Shown here: positions 19,146 through 27,683 of the stretch, one piece after another
How positions within the stretch are numbered: position 1 is the stretch's first letter
Layout: the number at the start of each line of letters is the position of its first letter
Assembly (NCBI GenBank): GCA_051892295.1
Contig: JBJFGB010000009.1
Span: forward strand, 2,170 to 66,169
Direction of reading: 5' to 3'
Length of the DNA stretch: 64,000 bases
Source of the DNA: Faecousia sp.
GTDB lineage: Bacteria; Bacillota; Clostridia; Oscillospirales; Oscillospiraceae
The notes under the pieces: model-generated
What the model was told of the DNA's origin: nothing
Database searches by the model: none
Seen by the model: the letters and a program-made list of their open reading frames with translations, nothing else
Translations under genes and position numbers: made by a program

Positions 19146-19589
19146 TCACATAACGCCCTTTTGCAGAATGATGCAGCCGTAAGGCAGGCGCTCGCTGGTG
19201 CAAACCGTGACATAGGCGTTTCTCGCCTTTTCATAGAACTTCGTGCGCTCAATCTCACCAACGCACTTTGCATCGTAGCCGTGCTTCACGACGGCGGCGA
19301 TGGTGTCGTCCCACACCTTGTTCTCCTTGAGAACAACGCCGGAATCCGCATCGGGCACCATGTACTCAATGGGATGCTCGCAGTAGTCCACATCCAGCGG
19401 TACAAGCTGCAAAATCGCGTCAACCATCTCCGCGGCGGTGTTGCCTTTGGCCTGAATGCTGATGGCATTCGGAGATTTGGTAACCGGCGGATAGAAATGA
19501 TCGGCAATCACGATTAAATCCCCGTGTCCGGTATCGGCAAGTGCTTTCAGCAGATCGGAGCCGATAATATCAGGAATTCCTCTAAGCAT
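19146..19589 (-). CDS. RbsD/FucU-family sugar mutarotase (FucU-like)
   Basis: MLRGIPDIIGSDLLKALADTGHGDLIVIAD. The GHGD motif is closer to FucU than to RbsD. Start at ATG 19589 (GGAGGAAG RBS). Confidence 0.8.
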   Translation of the reverse strand: MLRGIPDIIGSDLLKALADTGHGDLIVIADHFYPPVTKSPNAISIQAKGNTAAEMVDAILQLVPLDVDYCEHPIEYMVPDADSGVVLKENKVWDDTIAAVVKHGYDAKCVGEIERTKFYEKARNAYVTVCTSERLPYGCIILQKGVM

Positions 19590-19621
19590 TTTTCTTCCTC
19601 CTTCAAAAATTGATATCCATT

Positions 19622-19655
19622 CAAAAACCATTCTTCATTCCTTCGGAATGAAGAA
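19622..19655 (-). terminator. intra-operon intrinsic terminator/attenuator between the kinase and the mutarotase genes
   Basis: Minus strand TTCTTCATTCC-GAA-GGAATGAAGAA followed by TGGTTTTTG. Confidence 0.5.
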
Positions 19656-19716
19656 CGATGGGTACCCATCGTGGCGGTTTTTCCGTCTCGACTTTACTCC
19701 GAGACGTTCGTTGTGA

Positions 19717-20661
19717 TTATTCTTCGTGCTCTGCGAGGAATGCGTCAATCTCCGCTCTCGTCGGCATAGACGGCGTCGTGCCGAGCTTTTGGACGGAAAG
19801 TGCTGCCAGCGCATTTGCAAATCTCGCCGCTTCCCAAAGCTCCTTGCCCTCGGACAATGCCGTCAGCAGACCGCCGTTAAAGGCATCGCCTGCGCCGGTG
19901 GTGTCAATGGCCTTGACGCGGAACGCGGGAATGATCTCCGCTCTGCCGTTGGAATTGACATAAACGCCGCGGCTGCCGAGGGTAATCAGCACATTCTGCA
20001 CGCCCTTGTCAAAGAATACCTGCGCAGCCTTGTTTGCGCTCTCGAGATCATTCACGGGGATACCCGTCAGCTCCTCCGCCTCGACCTCATTCGGCGTCAC
20101 AAGGTAAGCGCCCCGCAGGAATTCATCCGTGATCGGCTGGTACGGAGCGGTATTGATGATTACACGAACGCCGTTCTCCTTTGCGATCTTCGCGACTCTC
20201 TCATTCGCGTCCTGATTGACTTCAAGCTGAAGCAGGACATACGCGGAGTCCTTGATCTGCGCTTCCACGCTTGCGATGTCTTCCTCCGTAATGGTGCTGC
20301 ACGCGCCGGGAACAATCACAATCTCATTCTGGCTGGTGTTCTCGTCCACAAGAATCAGTGCAATACCGGTGGCAACCTCCTCGTTGTAGAAAAGATAGTC
20401 CTTGGAAAGTCCAACCTCCTCCATGGCGTTCAGCGCAACCTCTGCCATGGAATCTCTGCCGAGCTTTGTAATCATGACGACATTGCCGCCGGACTTGTGC
20501 GCGGCAATTCCCTGATTGAAGCCTTTTCCACCGGCACCCTGCTTAAAGAAGCTGCCCTTCACCGTCTCGCCCGGAACCGGGAGATGCGGCGTTCTGCCCA
20601 TCAGGTCAACAACAAAACTACCGAATACCGTTACTTTCTTCGTCACTTTGCTCTCCTCCAT
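19717..20661 (-). CDS. rbsK: ribokinase (PfkB family)
   Basis: GGKGFNQ and DTTGAGDAFNG motifs, 314 aa. Confidence 0.85.
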   Translation of the reverse strand: MEESKVTKKVTVFGSFVVDLMGRTPHLPVPGETVKGSFFKQGAGGKGFNQGIAAHKSGGNVVMITKLGRDSMAEVALNAMEEVGLSKDYLFYNEEVATGIALILVDENTSQNEIVIVPGACSTITEEDIASVEAQIKDSAYVLLQLEVNQDANERVAKIAKENGVRVIINTAPYQPITDEFLRGAYLVTPNEVEAEELTGIPVNDLESANKAAQVFFDKGVQNVLITLGSRGVYVNSNGRAEIIPAFRVKAIDTTGAGDAFNGGLLTALSEGKELWEAARFANALAALSVQKLGTTPSMPTRAEIDAFLAEHEE

Positions 20662-20712
20662 TCAAATCTGAAAAGTTGTAAAATTTCTATCTCTTTATGT
20701 TAATGTAAGGAA

Positions 20713-20726
20713 TGTAAGGGCTTACA
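20713..20726. promoter_or_regulatory. LacI-family operator upstream of rbsK
   Basis: TGTAAGGGCTTACA, palindromic except for the two central bases, 52 nt upstream of the rbsK start. An extra half-site TGTAAGG lies at 20704-20710. Confidence 0.6.
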
Positions 20727-20797
20727 GATTTCTAAGCAAAGAAAGGCAACCGGTCTAAAAGGTAAAATTCCGTTTGATGACTCGTTGCCTCACTTTT

Positions 20798-21838
20798 TTA
20801 CAGTCTCTTCCTCGGAAGACATTCTGAACCACGCAAAATCAATTCCGTCGGCAAGCAGGTGCGCGTTCCCTGCTCCGGTATTATTTCATTTTCAAAACGG
20901 GACATTAAATGGCGCATTGCCTGTTCACCCATTTTGGGAACATCGCGGCTGACGACCGAGATATTGTAATTCAGCCAGCGCAGCTCTTCGATATCGTCAA
21001 AGCCAATCAGCGCAATGTCGTCACCGATGCGCAGCCCCAATTCCCCAAACGCTTTCAGGCAGCCATAGGTCGTCATATTGTTGGAAGCGAAGATCGCCGT
21101 GGGCGGTTCCGGCAGCGCGCACAGGGCAAGGGTCTGCTCGTAAGCGCGTTGCACCATGAAGTCACCTTTCCGAATGTATTCCTCACGCAGCGCAAGTTGA
21201 TTTTCCTTCATCGCGCGGCAATACCCACGCAAACGTTCACGACCGGGTCTTGATGCTTCAGGTCCCGTAATAATGGCAATTTTCCGGTGCCCAATACGAA
21301 TCAATTCATTGACTGCGAGAAATACGCCCTCGTCATCCGCTGTGACAACGCGGTCAAAAGCGCTGCTGTCAACCTCACGGTCAAGAAGTACAACGGGAAT
21401 GCCCAGCGTCACAAAATTATGCAGCCGCTGAAGCGTGTCTCCGTCTTCCGCCGAAACGGGGGTAATGATCACGCCGCGAAGACGATGCTCACGCATAGAG
21501 TCTAACACCTTATGCTCCCTTTCGGGGCTTTCATTCGTGCCGAACAGGAAAATATTCAAGCCCATTTCGTCAGCTGCGAGCGTAATGCCTTGCAAAAGCT
21601 GAGAAAAGAAAGGGTTGCTGATATCGGGAATCACAACGCCTACAGAGGTTGAGGTGGAGGTGCTGAGGCTGCGGGCAGCGTTATTCGGAACGTAGTTTAA
21701 CTTCTTTACCGCAGCAAGAACACGCTCTGTGTTTTTTTGGCTAACCGTGGTAGAATGGTTCATCACGCGCGAAACCGTCGCGATAGAAACGCCCGCCTCT
21801 TTCGCTATCTCATAAATATTCGCTTCTTGCTTAATCAT
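20798..21838 (-). CDS. LacI-family transcriptional regulator
   Basis: HTH NIYEIAKEAGVSIATVSRVMN plus a sugar-binding domain. Start at ATG 21838 (GGGGTGGA RBS); the 56-codon extension in the track is not supported. Confidence 0.9.
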   Translation of the reverse strand: MIKQEANIYEIAKEAGVSIATVSRVMNHSTTVSQKNTERVLAAVKKLNYVPNNAARSLSTSTSTSVGVVIPDISNPFFSQLLQGITLAADEMGLNIFLFGTNESPEREHKVLDSMREHRLRGVIITPVSAEDGDTLQRLHNFVTLGIPVVLLDREVDSSAFDRVVTADDEGVFLAVNELIRIGHRKIAIITGPEASRPGRERLRGYCRAMKENQLALREEYIRKGDFMVQRAYEQTLALCALPEPPTAIFASNNMTTYGCLKAFGELGLRIGDDIALIGFDDIEELRWLNYNISVVSRDVPKMGEQAMRHLMSRFENEIIPEQGTRTCLPTELILRGSECLPRKRL

Positions 21839-21869
21839 TCCACCCCAGCTCACTTCTGTTGAACGCAAA

Positions 21870-21883
21870 TGTAAACGCTTACT
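21870..21883. promoter_or_regulatory. cre/LacI-type operator upstream of the regulator gene
   Basis: TGTAAACGCTTACT fits the cre consensus TGWAANCGNTNWCA except at the last base. It lies 32 nt upstream of the regulator start. Confidence 0.5.
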
Positions 21884-22160
21884 TCTTTTTACATTCTCAA
21901 AATACGCCACTTTCTTCCACTTGTCAATAGGTCGAAACAAACTTTGGAGAATTCGACAAATCCCACCCGTCCAAATTGGATAATACGCACAATAGAAAGT
22001 GGACATTCTTGCGTTCTTCTGTCCAAAGTGACACAGATACCGGAAGAAAATGCCTAAGCGCAGCCTTCCGCCTCCCTAGCCACACCCATCTTATCACGGC
22101 AATGTACGAGAAAAAGATCATACGCTTACCCAATCGTTACAGCAACGTATCCTCATGCGC

Positions 22161-22456
22161 AAGATTGCCGCTACCGGTGCACATACCGGTAGCACGGGAA
22201 CAGACGGAGCAGCCGTTCCATGCCATTACGCGCAGAGGAACGAGGCGTGGCAAGCTCGTGCAGGAGCTACCAAATGGGTACAAGACAGCAAGCGGGGAAT
22301 GCCAACGTAATTGTACGCCTCGCAATCACGCATAAGAACGCACCATCATAAACGAATCACCCAATGTAGGCCGAGGACATGTCCCCGGTAAGCAAAGAGT
22401 TCATGACAATGGCATAAATCTGGTTGCACAAATTTTTCATTACGGAAAGCGTGGCG
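22161..22456. repeat. degenerate copy of the composite multi-hairpin repeat family (see 32913-33106 and 34482-34935)
   Basis: GTGCAGGAGCTACCAAATGGGTACAAG (22258-22284) is the reverse complement of the CTGTAC..TCGGTAGTTCCTGCAC unit. TGTAGGCCGAGGACATGTCCCCGG (22365-22388), GTTCATGACAATGG and TTTCATTACGGAAAGCGTGGC match the other units. Confidence 0.6.
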
Positions 22457-22484
22457 CCTTGTTATGTTTATTTCAATGATGCAG

Positions 22485-22517
22485 ACAGCCCCGCAGGATT
22501 ACGCCCTGCGGGGCTGT
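22485..22517. terminator. stem-loop downstream of lysS
   Basis: ACAGCCCCGCAGG-ATTACGC-CCTGCGGGGCTGT, a 13-bp stem 25 nt after the lysS stop. The T-run is on the plus side only. Confidence 0.5.
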
Positions 22518-22541
22518 AGAATTTCTTATTTTGATTGGACA

Positions 22542-24500
22542 TCAATAGAGCTTCGCGCCTGCCGGAATGTGGGGATCGACCATCAGCAGGTGCAGCTTCT
22601 CCTCACCGTTCTCCTGATGCACTGCGGAAATCAGCATACCACAGGATTCAATGCCCATCATTGGTCTGGGCGGGAGGTTGGTAATGGCAATACAGGTCTT
22701 TCCGACCAGCTCCTCCGGCTCGTAATAAGCGTGGATGCCGCTCAGGATCGTTCGGTTCACGCCGGTTCCATCGTCAAGCGTAAACTTTAAGAGCTTCTTA
22801 GACTTCGGCACGGCTTCGCAGGCAAGCACCTTCACCGCGCGGAAATCGGACTTTGAGAAGGTCTCAAAGTCGACGCTGTCGGCAAACAGCGGCTCGATCT
22901 GCACGTTGGAAAAGTCGATAGGCTCGTCCTTAATCTCAATGGCAGCCTGCGTCTCAACGCCGCCGATAATGCCATCCTTGGCAGCATCTTCGGGCTTCTT
23001 TTCGGTCTTGGGCATATCGAGCGGCTTCATTGTCGGGAAAAGCAGCACGTCACGGATGGAGGCAGAGTCGGTCAGGAGCATGACCAAACGGTCCACGCCG
23101 AAGCCAAGTCCACCCGTGGGCGGAAGGCCGTATTCCAGGGCGGTGACATAGTCATAATCGACCTGGGCGTTGCTCTTGGGATCCAGCATACGGCGCTCGG
23201 TCACCTGGCGCTCAAAACGTTCCTTCTGATCGATGGGGTCGTTCAGCTCGCTGAACGCATTGCCGAACTCTGTAGCGTTGATGAAATACTCAAAGCGCTC
23301 CGTATAGGCAGGATTGGAAGCCTTGCGCTTGGCAAGGGGGCTGTTCTCTACGGGATAGTCATAGATAAAGGTGGGCTGGATCAGGTTTTCCTCCACAAAG
23401 GCGTCGAAGAACTCCGCCAGAATCGCGCCCTTGGTGGGGATCTCCGGCAGGGTCACGTGGTGCTCCTTTGCCAGGGCGACCGCTTCCTCATCGGTAGCAA
23501 CGGTATCGAAGTCCACGCCGGAATACTTCTTGACTGCCTCCACCATTGTCATGCGCTCCCAATGGCTCAGGTCAATCTGCTTGCCCTGATACCGGATCTG
23601 CAGGGTGCCGCAGACCTTTTGGGCAACGGTCTTCATCATCTCCTCCACCAAGTCCATCATGCCGTGATAGTCGGTATAGGCCTGATAAAGCTCAATGGTG
23701 GTAAATTCGGGATTATGTTTGGGGTCCATGCCCTCGTTACGGAAAATGCGCCCCACCTCATAGACCCGGTCCATGCCGCCGACCACCAGCCGCTTCAGGT
23801 AAAGCTCTGTCTCGATGCGCAGGACCATGTCCATGTTCAGGGTGTTATGGTGGGTGAAGAAAGGACGGGCCGAGGCACCGATCTCAAAGGGCGTCAGAAT
23901 GGGGGTGTCAACCTCCAAAAAGCCCTTGGAATCCAGAAATGCGCGCAACTCCCGCAGGATCAGGCTGCGTTTGACAAAGGTGTCCTTGACCTCAGGATTG
24001 GCGATGAGGTCCACATAGCGCTGGCGGTAGCGGGTCTCCACATTGGTCAGACCGTGGAACTTATCAGGCAGGGGCAGCAGCGCCTTGGACAGCAGCGTCA
24101 CCTGATGGGCGCGGACAGAGATCTCACCACGCTGTGTGCGGAACACATCGCCGTTCACGCCGACAATATCGCCGATATCGAGCTTACGGCAAGCTTCAAA
24201 ATCCGTCTCGGACATTTCGTCAAATTTCAGGTAGAGCTGAATGCGTCCCGCCGCATCCTGCAAGTCGCAGAAAATGACCTTGCCCATGCCGCGCTTGCTC
24301 ATCAGTCTGCCTGCAACCGCGACGGTTTTGCCTTCCATTTGCTCAAAATTTTCCTTAATGCAGCCGCTGTTGGAATCAACGGCAAAACGGGTGCGCGCAA
24401 AGGGATCGTTTCCCTCTGCCTGAAGCTGCGCCAGCTTTTCTCTGCGAATCTTGACCTGATCGACAAGGGAAAGCTCCTCTTGCGGTACAAACTTAGCCAT
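22542..24500 (-). CDS. lysS: lysine--tRNA ligase (class II) fused to a C-terminal tRNA-binding (Trbp111/CsaA/EMAP-like) domain
   Basis: Class II LysRS core (FRNEGMD, GGLGFGVDRLVM) of about 495 aa, followed by a linker and ..FRAVKVLACEAVPKSKKLLKFTLDDG..GIESCGMLISA.., which is typical of OB-fold tRNA-binding domains. Confidence 0.95.
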   Translation of the reverse strand: MAKFVPQEELSLVDQVKIRREKLAQLQAEGNDPFARTRFAVDSNSGCIKENFEQMEGKTVAVAGRLMSKRGMGKVIFCDLQDAAGRIQLYLKFDEMSETDFEACRKLDIGDIVGVNGDVFRTQRGEISVRAHQVTLLSKALLPLPDKFHGLTNVETRYRQRYVDLIANPEVKDTFVKRSLILRELRAFLDSKGFLEVDTPILTPFEIGASARPFFTHHNTLNMDMVLRIETELYLKRLVVGGMDRVYEVGRIFRNEGMDPKHNPEFTTIELYQAYTDYHGMMDLVEEMMKTVAQKVCGTLQIRYQGKQIDLSHWERMTMVEAVKKYSGVDFDTVATDEEAVALAKEHHVTLPEIPTKGAILAEFFDAFVEENLIQPTFIYDYPVENSPLAKRKASNPAYTERFEYFINATEFGNAFSELNDPIDQKERFERQVTERRMLDPKSNAQVDYDYVTALEYGLPPTGGLGFGVDRLVMLLTDSASIRDVLLFPTMKPLDMPKTEKKPEDAAKDGIIGGVETQAAIEIKDEPIDFSNVQIEPLFADSVDFETFSKSDFRAVKVLACEAVPKSKKLLKFTLDDGTGVNRTILSGIHAYYEPEELVGKTCIAITNLPPRPMMGIESCGMLISAVHQENGEEKLHLLMVDPHIPAGAKLY

Positions 24501-24528
24501 ATTTCTCTCCTATTTTTTATTTCCGTAC

Positions 24529-25011
24529 TCAGCGTTCCACGGCGAGAATTTCAAACTTTATGATACCTGCCGGCGCTTCTACCTCGACGATGTCGCCGAT
24601 GCGCTTGCCGAGCATTGCCTTGCCGAAGGGGGAATCATCGGAAATGCGCGCCTCCATCGGGTTTGCCTCCTGTGAGCCAACGATGGCATAGACCGCGTTT
24701 TCGTCGAATTCAAGGTCGCGCACCGTGACCGTGCAGCCCAGTCCGACAACTCCGTGTTCATCCGCATCTGTCGTCTCGTCAAACACGACCGCGTGCGAGA
24801 GAATGTTCTCGATCTCGGCAATACGGCCGTAGAGCTTTGCCTGCTCGTTTTTTGCCTCGTCATATTCGCTGTTTTCCGAAAGGTCGCCGAAGGAACGGGC
24901 CTCCTTGATCAGCTCCGCGACTTCCTTCTCGCGGGTCGTTTTCAGATAGTTCAGCTCCGCCTCCAATTCCTTCAAGCGTTCCCTTGTCAGCTTAAATTCT
25001 TTTGCCATGCC
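24529..25011 (-). CDS. greA: transcription elongation factor GreA
   Basis: MAKEFKLTRERLKELEAELNYLK..EARSFGDLSENSEYDEAK. Start at ATG 25011 (GGAGGA RBS). Confidence 0.95.
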   Translation of the reverse strand, partial: GMAKEFKLTRERLKELEAELNYLKTTREKEVAELIKEARSFGDLSENSEYDEAKNEQAKLYGRIAEIENILSHAVVFDETTDADEHGVVGLGCTVTVRDLEFDENAVYAIVGSQEANPMEARISDDSPFGKAMLGKRIGDIVEVEAPAGIIKFEILAVER

Positions 25012-25042
25012 GAATCCTCCAATGTTACAAATTTTCCAATAG

Positions 25043-25072
25043 ATTATAGAAGATGGATTGCCCATCTGTCAA
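25043..25072 (-). promoter_or_regulatory. sigmaA-type promoter for greA-lysS
   Basis: Minus strand TTGACA (25072..25067), 18 nt spacer, TATAAT (25048..25043). Confidence 0.65.
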
Positions 25073-25083
25073 GCTTTTTTCTG

Positions 25084-26298
25084 TCAATTCTCCGCCAATG
25101 CTGTAATTGCGGCTTGAAGCTGCGCGTCCTCCGCCTTGTCCAGCGTCTCATAATAGATGGCGAGGTAGGTCTCCTGATCAACCTCCACAGGGATATCGGG
25201 CGTGACACCGACCCCTGCAAGGGTGACACCGTTCGGAGTCTGATAGTGTCCCGTAGAGATGGCAATCGCAGAACCGTCACTCAGGCGGAAGGTCTGCTGA
25301 TAGTTCGCCTTGCCGCAGGTCTGCGCCCCGACAACCACGGCGGCCTCATACTCCTGCAGCGCGGCAGCGAAAAACTCCGCGGCGGAATAGGAGTCCTCGT
25401 TGACCAGCACCGCCATCGGAATATCCAAATAGGAGGCTTCGGAATAGTCTACCTCTTCCCTGCCCTTATAATCCACGGAGCGGAAAAGCGGTCCCTCCGG
25501 AAGCAGGTAATCCAGCACCTCGACAAGCTCATGCTTATATCCGCCCGGATTAAAGCGCAAATCAAAGATCAGCGCCTTTGCGCCTTGCCCCATCAGTTCC
25601 TCAATCGCAGCGATGGTATCTCTGGCACAGTGGGAGTCAAAGTTGTTGATCTTGATATAGCCGTCGCCGCTTTCCAGCAGCTCGTACACCACGACCTCCG
25701 TCTCAATGACTTGACGTGTGATTGTCACATCGAAACGCGTTCCGTCGCGCTCGATGGTAAGAGTCACATCCGTGCCCTCCTCGCCGCGCACGCGCTGCTG
25801 CGTCCCCTTCATGCCCAGATCCGTCACAAACTCGCCTTCGACCGCAGCGATCAAGTCGTTGTTCTGCAGACCGGCAAGCTCGGCGGGGCTGTTATGCGTA
25901 ACCGAGACGATGCGGAGCAAGCCGGTCTCCTCGTCCTCCTCAATGGTGACGCCGATGCCGACATAGGCGTTATTGCTCTGCTCTACATAGGAGTCATATT
26001 CCTCGGCGCTGATATAATAGCTCCAGCGGTCACCCATGGAAGCAATGGTCGCTTCCGCCAGATAGTCTCCAAGCTGATCCGCCGAGTAGTCGTCCACATA
26101 ATAGGCATCAATCACTTCAAGGATCTCCGCGACCTTATCCATATAGTCAAGCTCCTGTACAGGAGTGTCGGTTGTTTCCTCATTCACAGGCTTGTCACTC
26201 ACTGTATTTCGCGCCGTGATATCCACGGCTACGAGGACAATACAGACCGACAAAAGGACACAGAGCAGAATTTTCAAAAAGAGATTCCATTGCTTCAT
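25084..26298 (-). CDS. S41-family C-terminal processing peptidase (CtpA/CtpB-like) with PDZ domain
   Basis: Signal anchor, PDZ (SPAELAGLQNNDLI), and S41 core (DLRFNPGGY.., SYSAAEFFA). Confidence 0.9.
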   Translation of the reverse strand: MKQWNLFLKILLCVLLSVCIVLVAVDITARNTVSDKPVNEETTDTPVQELDYMDKVAEILEVIDAYYVDDYSADQLGDYLAEATIASMGDRWSYYISAEEYDSYVEQSNNAYVGIGVTIEEDEETGLLRIVSVTHNSPAELAGLQNNDLIAAVEGEFVTDLGMKGTQQRVRGEEGTDVTLTIERDGTRFDVTITRQVIETEVVVYELLESGDGYIKINNFDSHCARDTIAAIEELMGQGAKALIFDLRFNPGGYKHELVEVLDYLLPEGPLFRSVDYKGREEVDYSEASYLDIPMAVLVNEDSYSAAEFFAAALQEYEAAVVVGAQTCGKANYQQTFRLSDGSAIAISTGHYQTPNGVTLAGVGVTPDIPVEVDQETYLAIYYETLDKAEDAQLQAAITALAEN

Positions 26299-26368
26299 AC
26301 TTTCATTTCTCCAACGCCATAAAATCGTTTACCCAGAGCCTGCAAGCAGGCTCTGGGATGAAATATCG

Positions 26369-27643
26369 TCATTGCAGGTAAATATACTCCATCGGATTGA
26401 CCGTTCCGCCGTTATAATAAATCGTAAAGTGCAGGTGCGGTCCGGTGGAATAGCCTGTCGAACCGACATAGCCAATCACCTGACCACGCTCGACATATTG
26501 TCCCTCACTGACAACATAATTCGTCATATGCCCGTAAAGTGTTGAAAAACCGTCCATATGATTAATCGTCACATAATAACCATAAGCATAGTTATATGTA
26601 GCCGTGGTGACATAGCCGCTTTTCGAGGCATAAATCGGTGTTCCCTGTCCGATTGCGAGGTCAACGCCATTATGGAAAGAATAGTTACCGGTGATTGGAT
26701 GGACGCGGTAACCGTAGGAGCTGGTCAGGACAACACCCCAACCGGCAGGCAGCGGGAACATAAAGCTCTCTCCGGAACTCGGATAGACCGGCGCGGGATC
26801 GGTGTTGTCCCCCGAGCTTCCGCTGTTTTCCGGCTGCGTCGGGTGTTGCGCTTCCCATTCTCTTTGCAGCGCTTCGGTACGCTCCTGCTCCAAAGCGGCA
26901 ATCTGATTGCTGAGCTCTGCTTCCTGCGCTTCGTATTTCTCCGTTTCTTCCAACAGCTTCTGCTTATCCGAGACAAGCTGCGTCAGCAGCGCATCGGATT
27001 CCTCGCGTTTTTCCGCAAGGTGCGCCTCCGATTCGGCAAGCTCCGCTTTTTTCTGCTCCAACTTTGCCTTCTCGGCAGCAAGCTCATCCTTTGCCTCCAA
27101 AATTTCAGCGGCAACCGAGCGCATTTCATCCATCATCCGCTGATCCGCCAGCGCAATCTCCTCAATCATGACGCGGTTGCGGAGCAAATCCGAAAAACTT
27201 TCCGATTCCAAAATGACCGACCAGATGGAAATGCTGCCGCGCTCCTGCAGGGCACGCATACGCAAACTGTAGCGGTCAAACAGGTCTGACTGCTTTTGTT
27301 CTAATTCATCCAGCTCCGCCTGCTTTTCGGCAATCAGCATATTGTATTGGTGAATCTGCTCATTGACGACCACGACCTCCTGCCGGGTCAGCTCGATCTC
27401 CTGATCGACCTGCGCCTTTTGCTCGACGACCGTCAGCGTCTTGGATTCATTTTCCGCAATCTCGCTCTCTAACTTTTCCCGCTCCGCTGCAAGCTCATTC
27501 GACTGCTCCTCCAGTGCGTCAATCTCCTGCTGAATCTCCGATGAAGTCTTCGCGTTGACAATCATCACGACAAAGCCGGCAAGCAGCGAGAGAATCAGCA
27601 AAAGCGCAATACAGGATACGATGATCCTTCTGTACTTATACAT
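26369..27643 (-). CDS. M23-family peptidoglycan endopeptidase with long coiled-coil (EnvC-like)
   Basis: N-terminal TM, about 250 aa of coiled coil, and a C-terminal LytM domain (HNGVDL..GSTGYSTGPHLHF). Start at ATG 27643. Confidence 0.85.
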   Translation of the reverse strand: MYKYRRIIVSCIALLLILSLLAGFVVMIVNAKTSSEIQQEIDALEEQSNELAAEREKLESEIAENESKTLTVVEQKAQVDQEIELTRQEVVVVNEQIHQYNMLIAEKQAELDELEQKQSDLFDRYSLRMRALQERGSISIWSVILESESFSDLLRNRVMIEEIALADQRMMDEMRSVAAEILEAKDELAAEKAKLEQKKAELAESEAHLAEKREESDALLTQLVSDKQKLLEETEKYEAQEAELSNQIAALEQERTEALQREWEAQHPTQPENSGSSGDNTDPAPVYPSSGESFMFPLPAGWGVVLTSSYGYRVHPITGNYSFHNGVDLAIGQGTPIYASKSGYVTTATYNYAYGYYVTINHMDGFSTLYGHMTNYVVSEGQYVERGQVIGYVGSTGYSTGPHLHFTIYYNGGTVNPMEYIYLQ

Positions 27644-27683
27644 CCGTATTCCTCCTAACCACAAGCGATATCCGCAAAAAGCA

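Noticed and set aside
15299-20703. Series of long plus-strand ORFs (15299-16264, 16927-17904, 18699-19082, 19726-20703)
   Set aside because: All are antisense to the sugar ABC/kinase operon genes. Their D/N/G/R-rich translations mirror hydrophobic or conserved sense proteins.
20798-22006. Track start codons giving long N-terminal extensions (LacI regulator 22006; also 8513, 11495, 12678, 15254, 17994, 19631, 25065, 27664, 30399, 36657, 37268, 47809, 51606, 53741, 57420)
   Set aside because: In each case an internal ATG, GTG or TTG with a good Shine-Dalgarno sequence coincides with the start of the recognisable protein family sequence. The extensions overlap upstream genes or promoters.
24501-24528. 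T-box or other leader upstream of lysS
   Set aside because: Only 28 nt separate greA from lysS, so there is no room for a leader. lysS is evidently co-transcribed with greA.
23457-24563. 368-aa plus-strand ORF
   Set aside because: It is antisense to lysS.
24754-26322. 522-aa ORF on the plus strand
   Set aside because: It is antisense to greA and the S41 peptidase gene and crosses their intergenic promoter. It has no motif and no RBS.
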